Shown piece by piece: positions 11,640 through 22,551 of a stretch of 64,000 nucleotides of DNA. Origin of the DNA: Eledone cirrhosa (taxonomy: Eukaryota); NCBI GenBank assembly GCA_964016885.1, contig OZ024755.1, forward strand, positions 42,656,001 to 42,720,000, given 5' to 3'. How positions within the stretch are numbered: the stretch's first letter is position 1; each line of letters begins with the position of its first letter. The notes beneath the pieces are model-generated. The model worked only from the letters and a program-made list of their open reading frames with translations, had not been told where the DNA came from and did no database searches. The translations under genes and the position numbers were made by a program.

Positions 11640-12111
11640 TCGTTATCTTCAATTCCATTTTCCTGCCTAACTTTGCCTATGGTTATGAATGTTGGGTAAT
11701 GACTGAAAGAATATAATCGTCAATACAAGCGACCAAAATGGGGTTCCTCCGAGGGTTTTTGGAGTAATGTTACTCAGTAGAGTGAGTAGCTCAGAGATCA
11801 GAGAGTTGCACCAGGTAGAGCTGCTACTTCTCTAAATTGAGAGATCACCGCTCAGATATTATGGACATGTGGTTAAAATTTCTAAGGAAAGATTCGCTGG
11901 ACAGCTTTTACGAACAAAACCAAACGGCAGGAGACCCAGCGGAAGACCCCGAGCAAAATGGTTGGGTAACATCCGTAAGCTTGGCTGTGGTCTCACTCAG
12001 GGATCCAGCTGGAACAATTGGAGACAGTGTCTTCCGACAGGACTAACTGGAAGGAGTGTTTGAGGACTCTGCCCCAACAAACCTCCCAGGAATAAGTGGA
12101 TAAAGAAGAAG
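11640..12111 (+). mobile_element. RTE-type LINE 3' fragment (different family)
   Basis: FAYGYECWVMTE...KMGFLR...YGHVVK...KPNGRRPSGRPRAKW, frameshifted; ends in GAAGAAG. Confidence 0.75.
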
Positions 12112-12271
12112 TTTTTATTTTAGCTAAAAATAGCATTTCTAATTGAAAAGGTTCCTTCATCTCGGTAAACTAGAATTGAGAAAAACAATGAAAAAAAAAA
12201 AAACATGGTAGGAAGACCTTTAATCATAGCTAACCTTAGTTAAAACAACAACCATCAAATTATCTCTAATA

Positions 12272-12465
12272 GATGAGGGCGATGGATTGGCAGTATCAGT
12301 AGAGGGTCGGACACCATGCTTTGCAGCATAGAGTTACGCCCCTTTATGGTCTGAGTTCAAATCCTGCCGAGGTTCACTTTGCCTTTCATCCTTACGGGAT
12401 CAATAAAATAAAGTACCAGTAATATACTGGGATAGTTGCTGGCTTTGTGCCAAAAGTAGAAACAA
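12272..12465 (+). mobile_element. SINE family A, full length with target-site duplication
   Basis: Consensus match; AATTATCTCTAATA is repeated on both sides (~12258 and ~12464). Confidence 0.9.
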
Positions 12466-13039
12466 TTATCTCTAATAAATTTTACCTTTTACATAAAAAA
12501 AATACTTTCACATATTGGTACAGGGTCACAAACCTGTCTGGTAGAAGAGAGAGGGGCAGGTACACAGTCAAGTGATAAAATTCTGGAAGAATTCAGAAGA
12601 AAATATCTAAAAACAGGTTAGGAAAGATTGTTGTGAAAATTTGCAAAGTTATAGTAAAGACTGTTAATGTGATACAGTACTTCACAAGAATGTTTTGCTA
12701 ATGTGGTTTCATGTGGTACAGGATGTTAACAGCTTAATTTAAATGTTCGACAGAAATCTCATCATTACATACTAGATAATTATTTCAGTAATTAAATATT
12801 GGTCTATTATTATTTAAAGTGACAATTAATTATTAAAATGACAACTTTTTCACTAAACTTTTTATAATTCTTCATTATTTTAGATAATTAAAATACAAAA
12901 ATATGCGTGTAAGAAATATGGGCAGATGAAGGTTAGACCCAAGTGTATTACAGTTACATACTGAGTCACTACCACCACCCAAGGGACAAAAGTAATGTCC
13001 TACTCAGGATGGTATTTAAACTTAAAATATAATCATAAT

Positions 13040-13250
13040 AATAATGGTTTCCGATTAAGGCATAAGGCCAACAATTTTGGGGGCGGGAAAATCAATTAAA
13101 TCAACCCCAGTGCATTACTGGTACTTTATTTTATCGACCCTGTAAGGATGAAAGGCAAAGGTAACATCAGCATGATTTGAACTTGGAACGTAAAGGGACG
13201 TCACTAAAGCATTCCGTCCAACATTTTAACAAATCCGCCAATCTACCTCC
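13040..13250 (-). mobile_element. SINE family A copy
   Basis: Reverse complement of the family A body with an (ATT)n tail. Confidence 0.8.
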
Positions 13251-13651
13251 ATCTAAAAAGAAAGGTTTCGATTCAGTCTTCTTAATCATCTTGGAGTCTT
13301 TTTTGAGGCAATGTTTTACAGCCAGTGACCCTTCACCAACCATTTTAGTCAACACAACATGCTGTGATGTATATCATGACTTATACACTATTCACTTCCC
13401 TGACATTTGTATATTATTCTATGTACTATACATGCACCTTTGATGAGTTGTAGTGCACCTGAGCACTGTACACAATAATTTCATTATTATTATTATTATA
13501 ATCAGAATAATATCATTATAGATGCTGTGGATAATGATCATTTCGTTTTACATCAATCCAAAGCCCCAAGGTAGTGGTGCCAAAATATAAAGTTATAGAA
13601 TTGGTCCCTAACTCAATGGAATTAAAATAACTAGCATGATATATATACTTA

Positions 13652-14034
13652 TCATCATCATCATCATTTTACGTCTGCTTTTCCCTGCTTGCAAGGGTGG
13701 GACAGGAACTGATTCTGGCTTGATTTCTACAGCTGGATGTCCTTCCTAACACCAACCTCATTTACAGTGAGTGCTGGGTGCTTTTTTGCTGTGGCACCTA
13801 CACCTCCACCTTACAGTGTGGGCTGGGTGCTTTTTTTGCCGTGGCACCTCCACGACCAATTTGCAGTGGAATGATAGGGACCTCAGTCCCTATCATCTCA
13901 TTTCTACAGTAAACTGGAGCAATGTGAAATAAAGTGTCTTGCTCAAGGAAACAACACATCACCCGGTCTGAGAATTGAACTCACAACCTTTCGATTGTAA
14001 GGTCAATGCTCTAACCACTAAGCCATGTGCCTCC
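13652..14034 (-). mobile_element. SINE family B, full length
   Basis: Reverse complement of 2589-2934, with one extra internal AAAGCACCCAG module. Confidence 0.9.
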
Positions 14035-14939
14035 ATATATAAATTTATCAATAATTATGTTTGTCTTCGTTTGAGAGCGTCGTAGAGGCAGGGTCCTTAA
14101 ACACTCCTTCCAGCAGCTGTCTAGCAGAGTAAGGGAGGCTACTCCGTGTGGTTAGAGCAGTGAGAAATGTCCTTTTTCAAACAGACTGTTGGGTATATAA
14201 CAAGATATATAAAATGTGATATATATATGTACGACCTGATTAGTATAGAGGTTGTGTAAGTGTGTATGTAGGTTGTGTGTCTAGTATGTTTTAATACAAA
14301 TACATAAACATGCTTAAACTTCAGCACGCTGTTGGCAACAACAGAGTAACCTCCCCTTAACACATAATGCAGTGTTTAAGGGAAACAACTCAAGGTTAAA
14401 TCATATACATTACCCAGTAAGGTGGTGACAGCCCATTGCACTTGTGTCATGAGTACCCAGTTCACCCTGTCAGTTGGTTGTTTTGGTGCCATGATAGAAA
14501 GCACCCAGTCCACCCTGTAAATTTTGAAATTAAGAAAGACATCCAGCCATAGAAACCAAGCCAGAAACAGTTCTGTATGACACAGTCATCTAATCTGACT
14601 TGTCTCACAATGGGACAACTTGTCTAACCCATGCTAGTGTGGAAAAGTGTACATTAAACAGTGTTTTACATCCAGACCTCTGGGGTTGAGAGTTCAATCC
14701 CACTTCTTGGCACTGCTGCTCTATATTACTGAGCATGTGCAGTATTATGTTGTGGTAATGTTCTTTCTAAGTTATCTAATCTGGCCAAATTTACACTCGG
14801 AAATAAGAAGAACCAGGCCGCCCCTAGGAGCATTGGATTTGGTGTACTTCATATTTGTTTCAGTTGCTGAATACAATCAGGGGTCGCTGCTTCTCCTGAA
14901 GGTCAATGGTTCTCTTCTAACTCGAGCGGGAGCGCAAAG

Positions 14940-15165
14940 ACACATTGTTCTCAGAACCACTACACCAGTCTTTCGATGCATGCAGCTCGAACTACTGCCA
15001 CCCATTGATTTGGCAGGATCGCAACTCATTTCTACAGCTGAGTAAACTGGAGCAGCGTGTAATAAAGTGTCTTGCTCAAGGACACAACACATCACCCGGT
15101 CTGAGAATCGAACTCACAACCTTTCGATTGCAAACCCAATGCTCTAACCACTAAGCATGCGCCTT
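14940..15165 (-). mobile_element. SINE family B head/CORE with an alternative tail
   Basis: Same head and CORE as 2589-2730 but a different 3' part (GAGTTGCGATCCTGCC...TCGAAAGACTGG). Confidence 0.75.
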
Positions 15166-15580
15166 CACATTAAGTTATGTCTGCCTATTTTCTCTATGTT
15201 ATATATCTCTAAGTCCTGGCTATTTTCTTATGTATCTGCTTGTGTATTCTCAGAACACCTATTATTGCTTCTGCTTTCATCATCCACATTTGGGTTATTA
15301 TTATTACACATTGTTACTGCGTTACTGAGCACAGCTCTGTGCACCTTGGGTATGTGCAGAGTAGCTTTTGGTGGTGTTTGTTGTATTGCATTGAAAGTAC
15401 TCTTTGTAATTGCATATATTTGTAAGTCCTGGTGTACTCTATATAATATATATACAGTACCTAGTAGTGTTATTTACTCTATGCTGTATATATTTGTAAG
15501 TCCGGGGGTTTTGGCTATGTATTTGTCTGTGTTTTTTATCATTCCTAGAGCACCTATTATTATAGCTATTGTTTCTGTCT
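15166..15580 (-). mobile_element. 3' end of an RLE-type (R4-like) non-LTR element
   Basis: Minus strand reads TETIAIIIGALGMIK... plus ITLLGT-like remnants; partly duplicated internally. Confidence 0.55.
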
Positions 15581-16297
15581 TAGAACACAATAGGCCTGAC
15601 CTATTGTATAGATGTCCATTTGACACAATAGTGCAAGAAAAGGAGAAGGAGAAAATTAACCAATACCAGGATTTAAAGTGGGAGTTAAAAAGGATTTGGG
15701 ACTGTCATGAGATCAAGGTCATCCCGATTGTCATAGGTGCACTAGGTACTATCTTGAAGAGATTCCAAGGATGGTTAAAGAAGATTAGTCCAGCCCTCTT
15801 TTTTTGGAACACTTCAAAAGGCATGCTTGTTGGGAACAGCAAGAACCCTCCGATACATCCTGAATATCTGAGGCTGCAGGTAGCAGCTTGATATTCATTT
15901 CAACAAACTTTCCAGTTAACTAACATCAATGACTGAGACTCAAAGAAAAAAAAAAAAAATAATAATAATAATAAAAATTAACCGATACCAGGACTTAAAG
16001 TGGGAGGTAAAAAGGATTTGGAACTGCCATGAAGTCAAAGTGGTCCCGATTGTCATAGGCGCACTAGGTACTATCTCAAAAAGTTTCCAGGGATGGTTAA
16101 AGAAAATTTGCCCCGCCCCGCTTTTTGGAACACTTCAAAAGGCATGCTTGCTGGGAACAGCAAGAACCCTCCGATACATCCTGAATATCTGAGGCTGCAG
16201 GTAGTGGCCTGATATTCATTTCAACAAACTTTCCAGTTAACTAACATCAATGACTGAGACTCAAAGAACAATAATAATAGCAATAATAATAATAATA
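15581..16297 (+). mobile_element. Two tandem 3' fragments of an R4/Dong-like LINE ending in (AAT)n
   Basis: HNRPDL...KINQYQDLKWELKRIW...PIVIGALGT...LQKACLLGTARTLR. Both copies share a 3' UTR ending GAGACTCAAAGAA followed by AATAATAAT. Confidence 0.85.
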
Positions 16298-16514
16298 GTG
16301 TCTTCTGATTTCAGCACAAGGCCTTAATTTTTGGGGGTGAGGTGGGGGAGTAAATTAAATCTACCCCCAGTGCGTTACTGGTATTTTATCGACACCGTTA
16401 ATAATAATTTCCTCCCTCTTCTTCACCCACTTAATCTTAGGAGAGTAATAATAATAATTTCTTTTACATAATAACAATAATAATAATAAGTAATATTTAA
16501 ATAGTAATTATAAT

Positions 16515-16631
16515 TGTTTCTACTTTAGGCACAAGGCCAGCAATTACCCAGTGCATTACTGGTACTTTATTTTATCGACCCCGTAAGGATGAAAGGCAAA
16601 GTCAACCTCGGCGGGATTTGAACTCAGATCG
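16515..16631 (-). mobile_element. 5'-truncated SINE family A with 17-bp TSD
   Basis: TAAATAGTAATTATAAT at both 16498-16514 and 16632-16648. Confidence 0.9.
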
Positions 16632-16711
16632 TAAATAGTAATTATAATAATATTTAAATGAGGTACACAACCTGAAGTTCAGCAATGAAGACCAATGCTA
16701 TGTTGTGATGT

Positions 16712-16988
16712 TCATGATTTCCCCAGACCAGAGCTCTTATGTGTGTGTCTCAGTCTGAAGAATGACCAGATAACTAACTGGATACAACCCATACATATTG
16801 GAATGACATATATCAGGTTGAACATGGTCGACTTGAGAATGTTGGTGTCAGAGAAAGATAGCTTGTCAGATTTGAGCTGTTGGTAACCATAAGAATTAAG
16901 AATGTTGACAATGAGCATTGGTGACAATGAGATGGCTGGTTTCACGACGAGAGCAGTTGTTCCGTAGATCATAGACGAGATTGGTTTC
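16712..16988 (-). CDS. TMEM180: TMEM180/MFSD13A-like, last coding exon (277 nt to TGA); spliced CDS 1404 nt, 467 aa
   Basis: Acceptor CCTCCAG|G AAA CCA; translation KPISSMIYGTTALVVKPAISLSPML...VIPICMGCIQLVIWSFFRLR...KS*, resembling the family C-terminus (S...FG..AL..KP....AP; P..CG..QL..W). Confidence 0.9.
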
Positions 16989-17089
16989 CTGGAGGTTAAT
17001 GACATTTTTTAGTTTTGGTCGAATGAAGAAGAAGAAAAGATAAAAATATACAAAGATAGAATGTTAACTTTGTTAATGTAAATGTTTAA

Positions 17090-17357
17090 CCCTTTTGATA
17101 CCAAACCACAAGAAACCAACCCTAGTTCTATAATACAAAACTGTTTATGTTAAACCAGTCATATCTGGCCAGAAATCTCTCACCTTTTTCTGTTCAAAAT
17201 GACCGTAACCAGCTACTCATACTGATGTTAGGGTATTGTTCTCAAAATAATTAACATAAAAATCTCAGATTCGATATTATGTGAGATAATTATCTAAGAT
17301 AAAGCCTTTTCTACAAAAATACAATAGTAAATATAGAGTAATGTAAATACTAAAGGG
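17090..17357. mobile_element. piggyBac-type MITE (second related copy at ~17460-17654)
   Basis: TTAA|CCCTTT...AAAGGG|TTAA. The second copy shares the first ~55 bp and ends GGTAACAAAAGAG|TTAA. Confidence 0.7.
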
Positions 17358-18249
17358 TTAATACAATAGCATATATATAGTAATGTAAATACTAAAGTTT
17401 TAAAGTGTTTATGTTCATCTGAAAACATACAGTTATGATTTTATTAAGTTATGCTCCAACCCTTTTAATATCAAACCACCAGAAACCAACCCTAGTTCCA
17501 CTATACAATGCTGTTTGTTCTAACGGGTTTATATTTATCTAAACACACTGTCATAATTTTATGCAAGAACCTTAATTAAGTTATGCTCCAAACATCAGCT
17601 TAATGAGAAATTTAGTTATATTACTAAATTCCTCTGAGTATGGTAACAAAAGAGTTAAGAATTTATAATGTAAAAACAAAAAGGAGCCAGTCATCTGATC
17701 AAACCAAGGAAACTCTGCTTCCATTGTTGATAGTATCTGTTACTCACATTTCCTGGTAGAAGGGTCATGGCTTTTCCAGTGACAGGGGGTGACATGTGAA
17801 ACCAGAAGAGGCAGAGTCAGAACTGACACCACAAAGCTTCCTCTCTGATGCTTTTCAAAATTCTGTCTATCAACCAACCCTGCACTGATTAGTTCTCAAT
17901 CATAAAAGCTGGGTCTTGGCAGGATTTCAGAACATGATGATGATGATGGAATTAATTGACAAGATCCCAGACCTCATTCGTTTACCAAGTGGGGTAGAAC
18001 TTGTTAAATCAGAGCAAAGAAACAATGTTTCCATTGGTATTTCCATTGCTGATATCTACTGGTCATAACATGAAATAAAGTGTCTTGCTCAAGGACATAA
18101 CGCCTCACACAACCTGGGAATCAAACTCACAACCTCATGATTACGAATCCAATTCTATAAGCACTAAGCCATAAACACCACAAAACATTGGGAGCAACAC
18201 TCTAATGATTTTGTTAATATACGGCTTTAACAGCCATAATCTATATATA

Positions 18250-18430
18250 TAATTGTTTCTACTTTTGACACAAGGCCAGCAATTATCCCAGTGTATTACT
18301 GGTACTTTATTTTATCGACCCCGTAAGGATGAAAGGCAAAGTTAAACTCGGCGGGATTTGAATGCAATCCGTAAAGGGACGTAACTGTGCTGCAAAGCAT
18401 GGCGTCCGACCCTCTACCGATATTGCCAAT
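18250..18430 (-). mobile_element. SINE family A copy (intronic)
   Basis: Reverse complement of the consensus. Confidence 0.9.
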
Positions 18431-18689
18431 AATGATTGGTGAACTGTGAGACTGTGTCAGGGATATTAAAATAGGTTGGATTACTTTGAATAACTCATGA
18501 ATGAATATTATGCAAATTATCTACTAAATTTCGTAGCTCTTAATTAAATAAATATTCTTATATATAATGTATTGTTTATTTCAAGATTCACTTCTGTTAA
18601 AACTTCAAATGTCAACACTTCCATTAGCGTCCGTTATATCATAACACTTACAGCCGTACACATCGCTTATATATCATTATATATAAACA

Positions 18690-18820
18690 TTCGTAGCCCT
18701 TTACGTTCTGATTTCAAATTCTGTCAAGGTTAACTTTCATTCTTACGGGGTCAATAAAATAAAGTACCACTAATGCACTGGGGTAATGTCTGGCCTTGTG
18801 CCAAGAGTAGAAACAATTAT
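18690..18820 (+). mobile_element. SINE family A copy, 5'-truncated (intronic)
   Basis: CATTCTTACGGGGTCAATAAAATAAAGTACC...GGCCTTGTGCCAAGAGTAGAAACAATT. Confidence 0.85.
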
Positions 18821-19164
18821 ATATAAATGTTCATATATTTACATCATTATATCATAACGTTTATATTTCCATCGCTAATTTTCTCCTTTTCCGTTTTCAT
18901 AACATTTCACTGTAATACAGTTTAAATATATCATCTTTTTTAAATGTGTCATGGATTACTTTACTGATTACAGAAGACAGTGTGACACAGTCTCTCTTTA
19001 ATTTCTGTGTATATTGTCAATTACTATTTTATTTGACATATCATATCTACATGTATATATACCTGCGTATAATATCAATATACACACTACACATGCTAGC
19101 AGAAACCCATCCGGAGGCTGGTTTTTCTGTTAGTATTATTAATAACAATAAAAATAATAATGAT

Positions 19165-19380
19165 AATTGCTTGTGATTCAGGTACAAGGCCAACAATTTA
19201 GGGAGGGGAAAGTCAGTTAAAACGGCTCCAATATTTGATTGGTATGTTTTTTATCGAACCTGTAAGGATGAATGGCAAAGCTAACTTTGGCAGGATTTGA
19301 ACTCATAACATAAAGGGCCGTAACTCAATGCTGCAAAGCATGGTGTCCGATGCTCTACCGACACTGCCAATCAACCGCCA
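19165..19380 (-). mobile_element. SINE family A copy (intronic)
   Basis: Reverse complement of the consensus; its head lies about 22 nt from the exon 3 donor. Confidence 0.85.
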
Positions 19381-19402
19381 CAATAATAATAATAAAACTT
19401 AC

Positions 19403-19486
19403 GGTCGTTTATACGTGGCAGCATTTTCATCAGCAATATCGGACAGAGGCATATTGCTGAGGGAGTAAGATGCATTGGTGTAGGAA
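19403..19486 (-). CDS. TMEM180: TMEM180/MFSD13A-like, coding exon 3 (84 nt; its frame is not in the ORF track)
   Basis: Acceptor TCTTATCTTTGTAG|T; translation (S)SYTNASYSLSNMPLSDIADENAATYKR(P); donor CC|GTAAGT. Phase 2-2. Supplies the family 'L.D..DED.....R' motif. Confidence 0.88.
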
Positions 19487-20387
19487 CTACAAAGATAAGA
19501 ATGGAGGGTGTGATCAGGGTAGATGGTGACTGGGTGTCAGTGCATACACATAAATATATATATATATATATATATATAATATTCACTAGAATATCGAGTT
19601 TTAAAACGCGAGTGTATTAGAATTTGTAGGAAAATGAAAAAAAAATGAAAAAAAGCTATTGAAACAGCAAAATGCCATCGAAACGGTGTTGGGTAAAACA
19701 TTACCTCGAAGGACAGAAATCAGTGGCTCGAAGTGAGTTGACTCGAAGAATTGATAGGAAGTTTCAACGATTTAACTGAATTTTCAGTTAAATCATTGAA
19801 ACTGCATGTGGTCTGAAATCTGATGAGTGTATTTTAATGTTTGAGATCAAACTCGAGCCCTCTATATGTATGCCTGTGTCTCTATACATATAGAATCTTT
19901 CTAACTATGTTGACAACTTACCAAGTTACTCATCTCCTGAATAATCTGTGATTCCACTCTTTTATATGGCTGTGAAGACCAGCCATAGAAAGCTTGGGGG
20001 GACCCTTGTGTCAAGGACAACTTCCCTAGTGCTGGTGACGTACACAATAAAAGAACCCAGTACATACAGTAAAGTGGTTTGTGTTAGGAAGGGTTTCTAG
20101 CTGTAGAAAGGAGTTGGGAGGACCCTGCAGCTTGTGTAAAAAAACATGACACCCCCTCCTGTGCACTTGACAGAGTGTATGACCCTATGTAAGCGGGATG
20201 CAGACCCCTTGACTAATCTGGGAGGTCAGTAGCCCAGCTTCAGTGCTGTCTTGGTCAATGTAGTTCCTCAAATTCTTTCTAGCAAGGAAAGCAGACGTTA
20301 AATAATGAGGATGATACCAATGCCACATGAAGGTTGTGTCTCAATACTGAAATAATGAAATTAAGAAAAACAAAAGGGTTTACTTAC

Positions 20388-20542
20388 CTATCAGCTAGTA
20401 AGATGGCCATGAAAAGCAAGGGGTATGATGGACCCACAAGACACAGCAGTACTCCAAATATAATCTTGCAAATAAAGTTACCAAGCATGACATAGTAATA
20501 CCCAACTCTGGCAACAAATGGGGTGAACACTATCACTAATAT
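20388..20542 (-). CDS. TMEM180: TMEM180/MFSD13A-like, coding exon 2 (155 nt)
   Basis: Acceptor TATTTCAG|ATA TTA GTG; translation ILVIVFTPFVARVGYYYVMLGNFICKIIFGVLLCLVGPSYPLLFMAILLAD; donor AG|GTAAGT. Phase 0 in, phase 2 out; hydrophobic transmembrane segments. Confidence 0.88.
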
Positions 20543-20968
20543 CTGAAATATAAAGGGAATGGTAAATATAACAACACAATAACAACAACCAGACACAAGG
20601 GCCGACATAGGAGGGGTGCAGTAGACAGGGGGGGGGGGTACAGTACAGTAGATTGTATAGTACAGGGACAGTGGGTGGGGGTACATTAGACGGGGGGGGG
20701 ATTACAATAGAATAATGTAAAACATTATAAAACAATACACAAAAGAATTACAATAAAAAATACCCAATAAGGGGTGAGGACCACCAAGAGGTCACTCAGG
20801 AACCCCACCAATCGTGAACTACTCGAGGGCACCACTTTCCTCTTCAAATCAGCTAGCCTACAGTAGGCCCACCCACGCCACAATCATCCAGTGTACCAGA
20901 GGGAAAGTACTTCTCTTAACAATTTCTCTGATAATTTCCTAACAGATTATTATATTAGTAGTCTCAAT

Positions 20969-21130
20969 AGCGGAGTATTGGCAGAATCGGTAGAGCATCA
21001 GAAAACATGCTTTATGGCAGAGGGTTACGCCCCTTTACAAATCCTGCCAAACCGAGCTTTGCATTTCATCCTTACAGGGGCGATAAAATAGAGTATCAGT
21101 AACACACTGCGGTCAATTTAATCGATTTCC
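20969..21130 (+). mobile_element. Diverged SINE family A copy
   Basis: TTGGCAGAATCGGTAGAG...TTTCATCCTTACAGGGGCGATAAAATAGAGTATCAG. Confidence 0.75.
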
Positions 21131-21526
21131 ACCACTTACTGCATTGGCTGCCTAGCAACATTTCAGATGCCAGGTTTTCAGTGTTGGCCTCTTCCTGACC
21201 CAGGACTGCAGCTCAAAGACACACAGTGGAAAGGCTGCACTGTTTCATTTGTGGTGAAGCCACACATCTGCAAGCCTTCTGCCCTCAAACCTCCATTGCT
21301 GCCAACACTGGTGCCGGGAAAAACTAGTGCACAACCAACAACACCAGTACTGGCAGTAACAGAATCAACCCAAGGGGAAGACAAAGAAAGCTCTCCCTGC
21401 CTCTCCCCAAACAAATGCACACACACCCAAATACAAACATCTGAATCTGACACAGAGACCTTGTCTTCGAGCAAACGAGGAACAACCACAACAAGCAATA
21501 AACAGGAACGCAGACACAAAAAAACT

Positions 21527-21650
21527 CAAACACCACACACACACACCACCACCACACACACCAACACCACCACACACACCAACACCATACACACACACAC
21601 CAACACCACACACACACCAACACCACACATACACACACCAACACAACAAT
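21527..21650. repeat. CA-rich microsatellite just inside the intron following coding exon 1
   Basis: (CACAC/CAACAC)n; it explains the VCVCV run at the end of the 348-aa ORF. Confidence 0.85.
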
Positions 21651-21663
21651 GCAATAAACTTAC

Positions 21664-22551
21664 TTGAGGGAGGACATTGATGGCTCCATAATACGTACTT
21701 CGAGTAAATGTTGAGATAGTTGTATCAGGAAGAAGTTGGTCAAGGAATATGGCAATGAAATTAGAGATGAACGTCTTGTGGAAGACTTGGAAAAAATCCA
21801 TTAAGACAAAAGAAAGGAAATTCCGGTTTGATAAAAGTTGTCGGAGGATAGCTGTAATGGTTTCTGAAGATTTCTTACCCTGGCAGCTGTCTCCACAGCA
21901 ATTATCTGATTCTAAAATGTCGTACTCTGTGTAGGCAGTCTTGCCCGTGTATCTGATACACAGAAAGCTGATGCAAGCAATGATACAGCATATTACTTGG
22001 AAATTGGCAAAGTATTTAAGACTTTGTGTGAAGTACTCACAGAAGAAGACAGACGTGCTACCAAAGAGACAAGCAAGCTCAGCAAACTGTATCAGTTGAA
22101 GACGATCCTTGTGTACATGGGACATCTCTGTACTGAGACAGCAGTGTGCTAGTCCAATGTATGTGAAGACAGCATCATAGAGACAGAGAGAGACCATCAA
22201 GTGAAGACCAGTGAGCCAGTTTCCAGCAGACCAAGGAAACCAAGGAATAAGAAAAGCTAGAGAGAGGAAAGGTGCTGCATACAAAATGGTTTCGCGACGA
22301 CTTCGTACAAATGAATAGCCGGACATGTCTTGAATGTAGGCAAACAATGGGTCGTTGATGGCATTCCATACCATGAAGACCACCTGAGCTATGTGAAACC
22401 AGTTCTCCTCAATGTGGTATATGTTCAGGAAGATCTTCACATAGTAAAACTGAAATATTGAGTTTAAGAAGCTGAAGGCAAACGAGGTGAGAGCATATGA
22501 AGTGATTCTTTTCCAAAAAGTTCTGTATCGTGTTTCAATAGGAGCATCCAT
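21664..22551 (-). CDS. TMEM180: TMEM180/MFSD13A-like MFS membrane protein, coding exon 1 (888 nt)
   Basis: The ORF reads MDAPIETRY...FQFYYVKIFL...VFMVWNAINDPLFAYIQD...SLCLYDAVFTYIGLAHCCL...NFLSFVLMDFFQVFH, which carries TMEM180/MFSD13A motifs. The ATG is in AAAACCATGG context. An acceptor (pyrimidine tract + TTTCAG) opens the exon at 22637, and the donor is CAA|GTAAGT after 21664 (phase 0). Confidence 0.9.

Noticed and set aside
13330-13500. Possible LINE 3' end with (ATT)n tail
   Set aside because: No coding remnant or second copy in the window supports a call.
15157-15891. 244-aa membrane-like ORF
   Set aside because: It is a chimera of an antisense LINE 3' end and an R4-like fragment.
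16989-17005. ATG start of the 97-aa ORF
   Set aside because: It lies in the intron upstream of the CCAG acceptor.
21526-21663. Cys/Val-rich C-terminus of the 348-aa ORF
   Set aside because: It is read-through into an intronic CA repeat past the GTAAGT donor.
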